Positions 33,466-42,970 are shown, counted from the first letter of the stretch. The stretch is 64,000 nucleotides of DNA from Nitrosotalea sp. (GCA_028580875.1 JAJSDS010000001.1:3295-67294); one strand, 5' to 3'. Made by a program: numbers and translations. Notes: a model not told the origin generated them from the letters alone.

Positions 33466-33538
33466 GCGCCTGGCAGTCAAGCGCCCCCAACTGCCAGGCA
33501 ATGTTCCCCTACGGTTTGAACCGATGTCAAAGACATTG
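33466..33538 (-). ncRNA. Candidate small structured RNA or terminator element
   Basis: GC-rich block with three hairpins (10-bp GCCTGGCAGT/ACTGCCAGGC, CGGTT/AACCG, ATGTC/GACAT); TATA-like upstream and T-tract downstream on the minus strand. Confidence 0.3.
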
Positions 33539-33590
33539 TACGCACATTATAATTTAAACCTAGAGTTTAGATCGAGAACTATTTTATTTT

Positions 33591-33767
33591 ATGACGACCA
33601 TTACTTGCCAAGTGAAATACCCAAGATGTTGTAACAAAGAACCCGAGTACTTGGTCACTTATGATTGCGGTCCAGATCCGCAGCAGACCATGCTTGTCTG
33701 CAAGAACCACTTCAAGGAAGAACCATTTCAAAGATTTGCAATAAAGATAGAAAAATTAAGAGAATAA
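33591..33767 (+). CDS. 58-aa Cys/His-containing microprotein (not in ORF track)
   Basis: MTTITCQVKYPRCCNKEPEYLVTYDCGPDPQQTMLVCKNHFKEEPFQRFAIKIEKLRE*; TATA-like TTTAAA at 33553. Confidence 0.6.
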   Translation: MTTITCQVKYPRCCNKEPEYLVTYDCGPDPQQTMLVCKNHFKEEPFQRFAIKIEKLRE

Positions 33768-33798
33768 CTTAATAGTTCGATTTCAAGAATTGCTTTAA

Positions 33799-34980
33799 AT
33801 GAAAAATCTTCTTACGGTATCAATTATTCTATCATTACTGATGACATCATTTGTTGCAGCCTATGCGCAGCAACCACAACTTGCATCATACCGAGAAACA
33901 GCACATATTCTAGTTGATGAAAAAATCCAGAACAAGACTACGGCATTTATCACACTTGCATCAACAAGTCCAGTTGAGATGCGAGTACCTGCAGATCTTA
34001 GTCAAAAGATTAGCAATACTGCAAATGTAACATCAGTCGTAATAACAAACGCACAGAACTGTGTCATAGGAATTCAGGACCAAGGATGTATCTTGGTAAA
34101 TATCGTATCACCATCACTTGTTGAAAGTTACAACATTACAACAATCCAGACAGCTGCACGACAAATCGGAGATAATTTAATTGGCAGCATAAACCAGGCA
34201 TTTGCAACAAACGCCCAGTTTAGCAGTGTCTATGTAAATCCAAAAGGAGATTTGAGCAATGCACTTGGCACATCAGGAATTGTATCAGGAAACAGGACAA
34301 TATCGGTAATATACACAATGTCAAGACCAGACTCGTCATATCTTTTTGACGGACTTACTGCAATTTTAATTCCAAAACAAATCCGCGATGACGGAGGATT
34401 TTTCACCGCAGCACAAAAGATGGCCCAAGATTCCAACTCGACAGTAACATTTGCAATCACTCCAGGACAGCAGGCTCAGGTGTATCAGATTCAAGTATCA
34501 AAACAAATTCCTATTACAAGCCAAGTGACTCAAGTCAAGCCACTAGAGTTACTAGGAGTCGACAAGCTTGAAAAATCAAACTACTTTAATGTTGGATTCT
34601 TTCCGCTAAATTCCATTTTGGATGTAACCGTAATATCAAATCAAAATGTTGCAGTGACAGGACATGGCGGGAACTTGGCTCCAACCACAATAAAGAATGG
34701 TCAAAAGTTTCCCGCAGACCTTACAAAGTCAGGCTGGATAGTGGACCCAGACTATGGACAGAACATTTCTGCAATCTACCTAATGGGTAAAGATACAACA
34801 ATCACAAATGATCAGGCCTCACTTACTTTGGGCAATACCATTCCAGCAGACAATCAAAACAATACGGTAGTACCACCACCAACTCCTCCAAGTGGACAAA
34901 ATAACTATTCCATATACGCATTGATTGGCATAGTTGCGGCAGGTGGAGCCGCAATCTACCTATTTTTAAAACGAAGATAA
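33799..34980 (+). CDS. Secreted cell-surface protein with C-terminal TM anchor
   Basis: Signal peptide ending AYA; Pro-rich linker, TM, KRR tail. Confidence 0.8.
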   Translation: MKNLLTVSIILSLLMTSFVAAYAQQPQLASYRETAHILVDEKIQNKTTAFITLASTSPVEMRVPADLSQKISNTANVTSVVITNAQNCVIGIQDQGCILVNIVSPSLVESYNITTIQTAARQIGDNLIGSINQAFATNAQFSSVYVNPKGDLSNALGTSGIVSGNRTISVIYTMSRPDSSYLFDGLTAILIPKQIRDDGGFFTAAQKMAQDSNSTVTFAITPGQQAQVYQIQVSKQIPITSQVTQVKPLELLGVDKLEKSNYFNVGFFPLNSILDVTVISNQNVAVTGHGGNLAPTTIKNGQKFPADLTKSGWIVDPDYGQNISAIYLMGKDTTITNDQASLTLGNTIPADNQNNTVVPPPTPPSGQNNYSIYALIGIVAAGGAAIYLFLKRR

Positions 34981-34983
34981 AAT

Positions 34984-35535
34984 TTAGAGAATCAATACTG
35001 CTGCTGTAAATACAGTAGTCCAGTTGCCTTTTGCATCACCGACAGCACTCTGTGTTATGTTTCTAGTCTTGTAAATCTCTCCAGATATTTTCCATTGCTG
35101 TCTTTTTACATCCCAGCTCTTGTTTACATCAAATGATATTCCAAGTGATGATGCAAGCATCTGTGCTGCAATGTCTTCTGCATAGTCGCCTGCCTCTTTC
35201 TCAGTCTCTCCAAAGGAGACATATTCTGAAAGATAGCCATACTTTGTCTTGTCTTTTGGTTCTGCAATTCCAACGGATGCTGCCATCAATCTGTGTGGCT
35301 CATTGCTCTCTTGCCTGGAATATATTGCAAATGTAACGCTGCCAGGTCTGATTAATTTCAGACCTTCAGCCTTTGGAATCACCTTGCATCCAGGTGGAAA
35401 TATACTTGAAATCAAAACCAAATTTGTTCCTGCAATTCCTGCATCTCTGAGTGCATACTCAAAACTTGTGAGCCTGTCAGGATGAACGCCCTTACCTTTG
35501 GTAAGGAAAATTTTCTTTGCTACTAGATCCAGCAC
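34984..35535 (-). CDS. pdaD: Pyruvoyl-dependent arginine decarboxylase
   Basis: SFEYALRDAGI..NLVLISSIFPP (Ser-Ser cleavage site), YGYLSE. Confidence 0.9.
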   Translation of the reverse strand: MLDLVAKKIFLTKGKGVHPDRLTSFEYALRDAGIAGTNLVLISSIFPPGCKVIPKAEGLKLIRPGSVTFAIYSRQESNEPHRLMAASVGIAEPKDKTKYGYLSEYVSFGETEKEAGDYAEDIAAQMLASSLGISFDVNKSWDVKRQQWKISGEIYKTRNITQSAVGDAKGNWTTVFTAAVLIL

Positions 35536-35588
35536 AAATCAAGTCTTAACTAACGTCTTTAAAAATATATTGAATTGGTAAAATCAAA

Positions 35589-36047
35589 TCATTTCAAGTT
35601 CTGCAATGACGAAATTATTTCTTGGCCATGTTTTTCAGGACTGACATCTCTGAAAATTTTTGACACGATGCCATCTTTGTTGATGATAAAAGTTGACCTT
35701 TTTGCAAGCCCTGCAATGTTTAGTCCAGCATATACCTTGCATGCAGTCTTGGCAGTGTCACTGAGGTGAAGATATGGAACACCATATTCTTCGACAAATT
35801 TTTTCTGATCCTGCACTGTATCAACAGATATTGCAAAAAGTTCTGCATTTTGCGCCTTTATCTGAGGATATGCTTCAATTGTTGCCTGCGCCATCTGGAA
35901 TATTTTCTTTGACGGGCAGCCAAACAGGTGATTTTTAGGGTAAAAACACAGTACGACATTTTTCTTGCCCTGAAAAGATCCTAGTTTTATAATGCTACCA
36001 TCATTTGCAGTAAGTTCAAAGTCGGGTGCACGGTCGCCTTCATTCAT
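35589..36047 (-). CDS. Peroxiredoxin (Bcp/AhpC-TSA-like)
   Basis: GDRAPDFEL, FYPK..GC, AISVD, LSD, RSTFIINKDG. Confidence 0.85.
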   Translation of the reverse strand: MNEGDRAPDFELTANDGSIIKLGSFQGKKNVVLCFYPKNHLFGCPSKKIFQMAQATIEAYPQIKAQNAELFAISVDTVQDQKKFVEEYGVPYLHLSDTAKTACKVYAGLNIAGLAKRSTFIINKDGIVSKIFRDVSPEKHGQEIISSLQNLK

Positions 36048-36121
36048 GACACATTTCAATTCGCGATACAGGTTAATACCATTTTTGTTTGGATTTTTTT
36101 ATCAGGAAATTAAACACGAGT

Positions 36122-36652
36122 TTACTTTTTGAAGGTCTTTTTGTACAGTTTTATTCCATCAGTTACTGCCTTTCTTGCGCTTACGGCATTTTTCCATCCA
36201 AGTATCTCAACTTTCTTTCCTTCAAGTTGCTTGTACACCTCAAAAAAGTGCCCAATCTCCTTTAGATAGTGCTTGTCAAGGCCTGAAATGTCAGTCAAAT
36301 TGTTAAACCTGACATCGTCTTTTGCAACACACAAGATCTTGTCATCCATCTCTCCGCCGTCTTTCATTCGAAGCATTCCAATAGGTCTGGCTTCAATTAG
36401 CACGCCAGGATATGTTGGGTTTGTGACAAGCACCAGTGCATCCATTGGATCCCCGTCTTCTGCAAATGTCTGCGGGATTATTCCATATTCCCCAGGATAG
36501 AAAAATGGTGAAAACAAAACTCTGTCAAGTTTTATCACGCCTCTTTTTTTATCATATTCATACTTGTTCTGCGAACCTTTTGGAATTTCTACTATAACGT
36601 TTACCACTGAAGGCACTTTTGGGCCAGGTTCAATATCACGCCACAAGTCCAT
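36122..36652 (-). CDS. ppa: Inorganic pyrophosphatase (family I)
   Basis: EIPKGSQNKYE, LDR, DGDPMD, DDKI, HFFEVYK. Confidence 0.95.
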   Translation of the reverse strand: MDLWRDIEPGPKVPSVVNVIVEIPKGSQNKYEYDKKRGVIKLDRVLFSPFFYPGEYGIIPQTFAEDGDPMDALVLVTNPTYPGVLIEARPIGMLRMKDGGEMDDKILCVAKDDVRFNNLTDISGLDKHYLKEIGHFFEVYKQLEGKKVEILGWKNAVSARKAVTDGIKLYKKTFKK

Positions 36653-36787
36653 AGATAAATTGTTCAAAAATACAGCCTTATTTAATTGCCATCATGGAAA
36701 AAATAATTTCTTTATATTGCGTTTTTCGTTTTTCATGACGCAAGACTTTCGGAAAAGATAAAACGGTAAGTACAGTTAGCTTGAACA

Positions 36788-37831
36788 ATGAAAGCGGCTT
36801 TTGTTTTAGGACCATCAGATGTCCAGATAAAAAATGTAGAATCTCCAAAACCAGGACCGGGAGAGGTCATGGTTACAATGAAGGCATGCGGTGTGTGCGG
36901 CTCTGACTTGGAAAAGATATACGGAAAATACAGTCAGCCCTCAATGAGGCTTGGCCACGAGCCATCAGGCATAGTCTCTGCAGTTGGAGAGGGAGTGGAC
37001 CATATCAAAAAAGGCGACAGGGTCTTTACACACCACCACGTGCCATGTTATTCCTGCCACTATTGCACACATGGAAATGAGACCATGTGCCAGAAATATT
37101 CAGAGACAAACTTGTCACCATGCGGTTTAGCAGAAGAGTTTACCGTTCCCCAATGGAACGTGTCCCATGGAGGAGTAATCAAGCTACCCGACCACGTGAG
37201 TTTTGAAGAGGCAGCCATGCTAGAGCCCCTTGCATGCTGCATCAGGGCATGGAACAAAATAAAATTCAAGAAAGGTGACTCGATTGCAATTCTTGGTGCA
37301 GGTCCAACTGGACTGATGCACTTGATGCTAAGCAAGGCATATGGATTGCAGGACATTTTTTGTTTAGATATCAACGATTTCAGGTTGGGCTTTGCAAAAA
37401 AATTTGGCATTACAGAATCAATAAGATCAGATGACAAGGATGCATACCAGAAAATTCTCGCAAAGACACAGAACCGCGGAGTAGATATCGTAATGGTATC
37501 CACCGGAAGTGTCAATGCAATTGCCCAGGCAATCGACTTTGTCAGAAAGGGGGGAACAATAGTTTTGTTTGGAGTCCCAACAAAAGATGTAACCATGCAA
37601 CTTGCAATGAGCAAGGTATACTCGAAAGAAATTACAATCACACCAAGCTATGCAGCTTCTGAAAAAGACACCAACGAAGCATTTGAGATGATTCAAAAAG
37701 GAACAGTAAATGTAAAAGATTTGATAACTCACAAGTTTTCACTTGAAGAATCTGCTAAGGCATTGGATTACGCCCACCAAGGAAATGATTCCATGAAAAT
37801 AATAATTACAAATTCAGAAACGCTTAACTAA
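36788..37831 (+). CDS. Zn-dependent dehydrogenase (sorbitol/threonine dehydrogenase-like)
   Basis: CGSD, GHE, CxxCxxC..C, EPLAC, GAGPTG. Confidence 0.88.
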   Translation: MKAAFVLGPSDVQIKNVESPKPGPGEVMVTMKACGVCGSDLEKIYGKYSQPSMRLGHEPSGIVSAVGEGVDHIKKGDRVFTHHHVPCYSCHYCTHGNETMCQKYSETNLSPCGLAEEFTVPQWNVSHGGVIKLPDHVSFEEAAMLEPLACCIRAWNKIKFKKGDSIAILGAGPTGLMHLMLSKAYGLQDIFCLDINDFRLGFAKKFGITESIRSDDKDAYQKILAKTQNRGVDIVMVSTGSVNAIAQAIDFVRKGGTIVLFGVPTKDVTMQLAMSKVYSKEITITPSYAASEKDTNEAFEMIQKGTVNVKDLITHKFSLEESAKALDYAHQGNDSMKIIITNSETLN

Positions 37832-37853
37832 GGCAAATTTTTTCGATGATGTT

Positions 37854-38690
37854 ATGGACTGGGGCCTCAAAAACAGACTAGCAAAAATAATCAAGCCACA
37901 AAACAGGCGAGGTGTAATGCTTGCTGTAGACCACGGTTATTTCCTTGGACCGACAGAAAGACTAGAGGTTCCAAGAAGAACAATTGCGCCACTGCTACCT
38001 TTTGCAGATTCTCTCATGCTAACACGAGGTGTCCTTAGAACATCAGTTGATGCAAACTTTCCAGTTCCCGTAGTACTTCGAGTCTCAGGAGGAGCAAGTA
38101 TCATAGGACAAGACCTCTCAAATGAAAAAATTACCACCTCAGTAAAAGAGGCAATCAGACTAAACGCGTCTGCTTTAGCAATGTCAATATTTATCGGAGC
38201 TCCACACGAGCACGAGTCACTTGTCAGTCTAGGCAACCTAGTAAATGAAGGCGAGGAATACGGAATTCCAGTACTAGCAGTTACTGCAGTAGGAAAAGAA
38301 CTTGAAAAACGTGATGCAAGATATCTTGGACTAGCATGCAGGATGGCTGCAGAGTTTGGTGCACACTTGGTTAAGACATACTATTGTGAAAACTTTGAAA
38401 AAGTTGTTACAGCATGTCCAGTTCCTGTAATAATCGCAGGCGGTCCAAAGCTTGCAACAGAGCTTGACGTGTTTAACCTAACCCATGACGCACTACAAGC
38501 AGGTGCAGCAGGAGTTGACATGGGACGAAACATCTGGCAAAACGACCACCCAGTTGCAATGATCAAGGCAGTAAGAGCAATCGTCCACCAAAAGGCCACA
38601 GTAAAAGAGGCCCACGAGATTTTCAAGAAACTAAAGTCAGAGTCTCCTCAGAAACCCAAGCAGCCACAAAAGAATAAACCAAAAAAGTAA
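37854..38690 (+). CDS. lsrF: LsrF-like / DhnA-type class I aldolase-thiolase
   Basis: MDWGLKNRL, LAVDHGYFLGPT, VKTYYC, AGGPK, GVDMGRNIWQ. Confidence 0.85.
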   Translation: MDWGLKNRLAKIIKPQNRRGVMLAVDHGYFLGPTERLEVPRRTIAPLLPFADSLMLTRGVLRTSVDANFPVPVVLRVSGGASIIGQDLSNEKITTSVKEAIRLNASALAMSIFIGAPHEHESLVSLGNLVNEGEEYGIPVLAVTAVGKELEKRDARYLGLACRMAAEFGAHLVKTYYCENFEKVVTACPVPVIIAGGPKLATELDVFNLTHDALQAGAAGVDMGRNIWQNDHPVAMIKAVRAIVHQKATVKEAHEIFKKLKSESPQKPKQPQKNKPKK

Positions 38691-38694
38691 ATTT

Positions 38695-39099
38695 TTAATC
38701 TGAAATTTTTGTCAGGTGCAGGTGCACAATCTTCCATTTTGGGTTTTTTCCCAAGACAAATGTTGCCCTGCTGTTCATCGTCATGTGCTGCCCGCGAAAA
38801 CTGTAATTGTCAACTATCATGCCAGACTGGAGTACAGTAAATGTTGCAACTGCAAACGTATCAAACAGGTCTACTCGCAGATTTTTTAATTCATAATCAT
38901 AGTCGGATATGCTGACAAACCGCAACTGTTCCAATGCGGTAGTTGTTGCAAAGTCCTTGAGGTCAAACGGCGGAACGTCACTGTATGCAGAAAATCTTGG
39001 ATCTTCTAGCTGGATAACACTTAGTGGTGCAACATTTTTTGTCTTTCCAGCATTGAAAAATGTCGTTATGATATCAAGAATCTCTTCTTTGTCGCTCAA
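38695..39099 (-). CDS. SnoaL/NTF2-like protein
   Basis: RATFVL..WKIVHLH C-terminus; TTG 39099 favoured (ORF is open up to 39198). Confidence 0.75.
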   Translation of the reverse strand: MSDKEEILDIITTFFNAGKTKNVAPLSVIQLEDPRFSAYSDVPPFDLKDFATTTALEQLRFVSISDYDYELKNLRVDLFDTFAVATFTVLQSGMIVDNYSFRGQHMTMNSRATFVLGKNPKWKIVHLHLTKISD

Positions 39100-39260
39100 A
39101 ATCGGTATTGCTTGAGGCAAATCTAGTTTAAGTCTTCTGACGATACAATCATGCCTAGACATACCAATTTTGGACAGATTTTGGCCTATCTCCAACAATA
39201 TATTTATTATAATTTGTACGAGAAGTCTAAAGATATTATCGAGTTACTGCACATCATAGT

Positions 39261-40439
39261 ATGCAACGTGTAGAAAACCAGACAGAATCAAGGGCTTACA
39301 AGTTATTTACAAGATCTATTTCGTCTCCTTTTACCCTCAAGAATTACCTATATGGTTTGACCCAATTTTGCAACTATACCAACCTAAACTATGATGAGAT
39401 ACTCAAGTTAGATATTGAAGATTTACAAATTAAACTAGAAAACTGGGTCATGGAACTAACCGATAGGGGATTAAGACGCTCTTCAATCCTTGCACACCTT
39501 AACGGTGTTGAAAAGTTCCTTGACATTAACAGGAAATTATTCTATAGAAAACCATTGCATGCTCTGATCAAGCAAGACAAGAACCTTGGCGGCGGCGGTC
39601 TACCATATACGAATAAGGATATTGAGTTGATGCTAGAATCTACCAAATCAAAAAGGGAAATAGCATTGATTCACTTTTTTGCCTCTACTGGATCAAGACC
39701 TCAAGCACTAGAAGACCCAATACTGAGAATGAAACACTTGGAAGAAATACCAGATACTGGTTGCTATGCAATTAGGATTTATGATAATACAAAAGAAGGC
39801 TATTGGGCATTTCTTACACCAGAGGCTAGTGACGCATTAAAGAAATACATCAAAGAAAGAAAGTTCAACCATGAAACCATAACTTTAGAATCACCAATAT
39901 TTGCAAGTGTGGAAAAGACAGCAATTAATCCACACCTAACGGTTAACTCTTCATATCAATTGTTACACAAGATTTTGAGAAAATCAGGCATATCACGGGA
40001 AAAGGTAGGCAATAGATTTGACAAGGCAATGGTCTACGGCTTTCGTAAGAGATTCAATACCATACTGAAGATCAACAATGAAATCAATTCAAACATAGCT
40101 GAAAAGCTCATGGCACACAAAAAAGGACTAGATGGTAGATATCTGACACCTACAAGAGAAGAATGTTTTGCTGAATTCAAAAAGGCAATTAGTGATCTTA
40201 CTATAGATGATTCTCATAGAAAATCAATCAGAATAGAAGAACTGGAAAACAAAGATAGTGAAGTTAAGAACCTAAAAGAACAATTCCAGTTAGATCATGA
40301 ATTAGTGGTACAACTTTTCCACACAATTAAAGATCTTAAAGCATTTTTCAAAGATATATCAGTTAAACAAAATAATGATGTAAATAACAAGTCTCCAGTA
40401 TATGATCAACGTTTACTTGAACTTGCTGAGAACCTATAG
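39261..40439 (+). CDS. Tyrosine recombinase / integrase
   Basis: SAM-like N-terminus; STGSR (Arg I), YGFRKRF (Arg II), LMAH, DGRY catalytic Tyr; coiled-coil tail. Confidence 0.9.
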   Translation: MQRVENQTESRAYKLFTRSISSPFTLKNYLYGLTQFCNYTNLNYDEILKLDIEDLQIKLENWVMELTDRGLRRSSILAHLNGVEKFLDINRKLFYRKPLHALIKQDKNLGGGGLPYTNKDIELMLESTKSKREIALIHFFASTGSRPQALEDPILRMKHLEEIPDTGCYAIRIYDNTKEGYWAFLTPEASDALKKYIKERKFNHETITLESPIFASVEKTAINPHLTVNSSYQLLHKILRKSGISREKVGNRFDKAMVYGFRKRFNTILKINNEINSNIAEKLMAHKKGLDGRYLTPTREECFAEFKKAISDLTIDDSHRKSIRIEELENKDSEVKNLKEQFQLDHELVVQLFHTIKDLKAFFKDISVKQNNDVNNKSPVYDQRLLELAENL

Positions 40440-40544
40440 TGAAATTCTGTTAAATTAAAAAAACTATACCAATACTGTAAAAATGAAAGGTATAACAAAA
40501 ATTTTGAGACTTTGCTTTGATGAATTAATTTTGAATTAAAATTA

Positions 40545-40990
40545 TAGACCACATTTTGGTACTATCTGGATAGCACTACATGGGAATGATAGACCACGAT
40601 AAACGTGGCCTAGTGTGTGGTATATGATTATTCTATCATTCCACTATAGACTAGTCCAAGTCTACGAATAGAATTCCATACTCTAGTAGATTCTCTAATC
40701 TACTAGAAACATCAACAAAAAACAATAGTAGCATCAGGCTATACCTAGTCTTTGTGTAGACTAGTAAAAGTGTAGTTTAACAAGGCTAGCCGCTAGTACT
40801 AGACTAGTAAAACAGCACTAGACTATACCTAGCATAGTATGACTAGAATTGATAGTCTAGTTAGTAAAAACAGTGAATAAGTTTTCCACAGACTAACGAT
40901 AGACAAGGTTCTAATCTTTCAAAACTCGAACCTAAAGTAAGTCTATTTTATTGGTAAATCCAAGGTAGACTGAGGTAGATCGTAGTAGAC
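40545..40990. repeat. CTAG/TAGAC-dense non-coding repeat block with palindromes
   Basis: 14 CTAG in 40610-40860; 11-bp inverted repeat at 40682-40707; AGACTAGTAAAA twice; CTATACCTAG twice. Confidence 0.75.
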
Positions 40991-40991
40991 C

Positions 40992-41261
40992 ATGCCAACA
41001 ATATCTGCAAAAGTAAGCAAAAAAGAATTGGATGCCATTCATGAATATGCTAATGCTTGTGGTGAAACAGTATCAAATTTAATAAGAAAAGTGGTAATTG
41101 GAGAGGCTATCTTCATTCACTGGACTAATGATTCAAAAGAATACGAATGTGAGATCTCTATACCTGACAATATTTCTGGTAATGAAGAAACAAGGATAGT
41201 TAAAGAAACCCATAACAAAATTAGAAGAATGCTTACTTTGAAAGAGTTAGATTTTATATGA
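40992..41261 (+). CDS. Ribbon-helix-helix (CopG-like) DNA-binding protein
   Basis: TISAKVSKKELDAIHEYA..GETVSNLIRKVV RHH pattern. Confidence 0.75.
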   Translation: MPTISAKVSKKELDAIHEYANACGETVSNLIRKVVIGEAIFIHWTNDSKEYECEISIPDNISGNEETRIVKETHNKIRRMLTLKELDFI

Positions 41262-41339
41262 AAATAGGGGGACATATTCAAGGAAATTTATCCTCTATTT
41301 GCCACAAGGGTTTTAAATTTGCATAATTAAGGTAATTTC

Positions 41340-42410
41340 ATGACTGATGAAACTGATCAAAAGGGTGCTCGAAGAAATTTTCCTCAGCATACTTTACAAC
41401 AATCTTTGGTGATTGCACAAGGTCTTCAAGATAATAATGCTGGTCGTCCTATGAAACGAATTTTGCTAGCTGAAGCCATTGGGAGAAAACCTCTTAGCTC
41501 AGAATTCAAATATTTACTAAGTTCATCTTTCAAGTATGGACTAACTATAGGTACAGAAAAATCAGAAACGATTGAGCTAACTGAACTAGGTAAATCAATT
41601 GTTAAACCTATTTCTGAACTCGAACATATGACTGCATTAAAAAAAGCATCTCTCATGCCTGATTTATTAAAAAGAATTTATGCTCATTATGCTGATAATA
41701 AACTTCCTTCAGAGCAATTACTCAAAAATGTTCTTGAAAGAGAATTTAATGTTGCTCCGGAAAGGACAACTGAATGTTATAATTTAATTGTAGAAAATGG
41801 AAAACTTACTGGAATAATTCGTAATGTTTCTGGTTCACCTTATGTGGTACTAGACGCACCTATTGAAGATAAGCATGATGGTGTAGATATTGGTGATTCG
41901 ACAATTAATGATGGTCATGACATGGTACGAGATACTGTTCCAACACCACCCAATCCTATAACACAATCAGGACCAAAATATATTTTCATAGCACATGGTA
42001 AAAATAAAACACCATTAGAACAACTAAAGAACATTTTAACTAAATATAAAATTCCTCATATTGTTGCGACTGATGAACCTCATAAAGGTAGACCTATCGG
42101 GATTAAAGTAGCAGATGAAATGAAAAAGTGTAGTGCTGGTATTTTTATTTTTACTGCAGATGAAGAAACAAAAAATATTGATGGAGAAACAATACTAAGA
42201 CCTAATGATAATGTTGTTTATGAGTTGGGAGCAGGAACTGTATTGTATGGAAACAAAATTGTGATAATGAGAGAAGATAATGTAACATTTGCTTCTAATT
42301 TTACAGAATTTGGTCATATTACATTTGAAAAAGATAAACTTAATGCAAAAGGACTGGATATTATGAGTGAGCTAGCAGGATTGGGAATCATAACTTTCGC
42401 TGTAACTTAA
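41340..42410 (+). CDS. TIR-like nucleotide-binding domain protein (Cap12/Pycsar-type TIR) with uncharacterised N-terminal domain
   Basis: IFIAHG, AGIFIFTADE, RPNDNVVYELG (catalytic Glu) in the C-terminal half. Confidence 0.82.
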   Translation: MTDETDQKGARRNFPQHTLQQSLVIAQGLQDNNAGRPMKRILLAEAIGRKPLSSEFKYLLSSSFKYGLTIGTEKSETIELTELGKSIVKPISELEHMTALKKASLMPDLLKRIYAHYADNKLPSEQLLKNVLEREFNVAPERTTECYNLIVENGKLTGIIRNVSGSPYVVLDAPIEDKHDGVDIGDSTINDGHDMVRDTVPTPPNPITQSGPKYIFIAHGKNKTPLEQLKNILTKYKIPHIVATDEPHKGRPIGIKVADEMKKCSAGIFIFTADEETKNIDGETILRPNDNVVYELGAGTVLYGNKIVIMREDNVTFASNFTEFGHITFEKDKLNAKGLDIMSELAGLGIITFAVT

Positions 42411-42534
42411 CTCATTTGCAAATTTTACTCCCATGATTGAGCATATATCCGCACTCCGCACTATCGATCGAAAATTGTGTTAATAGTACAAAAGAGTAGT
42501 AAACCAAATATCTAACTGTGAGATCTCTCAGGCA

Positions 42535-42735
42535 ATGACTGAAAACAAACGTTCTCCAAATGAACAACGTTCTGATGCACATAATCCAACAAGCTCTGAA
42601 TATAGGGAATCTGCAAATAACCACAGCAACCAATCAAATCCAAACAGTTCTGCATATCAAAGCTCTATGAATAATCGTGCTAATCAGATGAATCCAAACA
42701 GTTCTGCATATCGCAGTTCTCGGGGCAAAAAATAA
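42535..42735 (+). CDS. Small Asn/Ser-rich repeat protein
   Basis: 66 aa with NQxNPNSSAYxSS repeats; T-tract terminator follows. Confidence 0.7.
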   Translation: MTENKRSPNEQRSDAHNPTSSEYRESANNHSNQSNPNSSAYQSSMNNRANQMNPNSSAYRSSRGKK

Positions 42736-42739
42736 CCCC

Positions 42740-42752
42740 TTTTTCTTTTTTT
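42740..42752 (+). terminator. Oligo-T archaeal terminator
   Basis: TTTTTCTTTTTTT directly after the stop codon. Confidence 0.55.
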
Positions 42753-42915
42753 ATATATTGGATAGTGAAAAATCCCCAAAATGAACCTATAACAGCACTC
42801 AGAACCCCAGTCTCATACCCAACATATTGAAAGCACATTTTTCATATTTTGAATAGCAAATTAAAAACCTGAGATTTTAATTCCACTTAGATGCATCAGA
42901 AATAGTAACAATCAT

Positions 42916-42962
42916 CTAGTGAAATTCTACGGCAATTTTTTAAACCATGCGTGTCCAGTACG
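42916..42962 (+). promoter_or_regulatory. Repeated promoter module, copy 1
   Basis: 35/47 identical to 48288-48334; T6-AA TATA-like box 35 nt before TTG 42971. Confidence 0.6.
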
Positions 42963-42970
42963 CACATACT

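Noticed and set aside
36788-38690. lsrF as evidence of AI-2 quorum sensing
   Set aside because: No lsrK, lsrG or lsrACDB nearby; LsrF-like aldolases have other roles
39100-39260. tRNA or attL target at the left island edge
   Set aside because: No tRNA fold or long direct repeat shared with the right edge found by eye
40545-40990. CTAG block as a CRISPR array or amber-recoded ORF
   Set aside because: No fixed-length repeat-spacer periodicity; TAGs fall in different frames and TAA/TGA stops are also present
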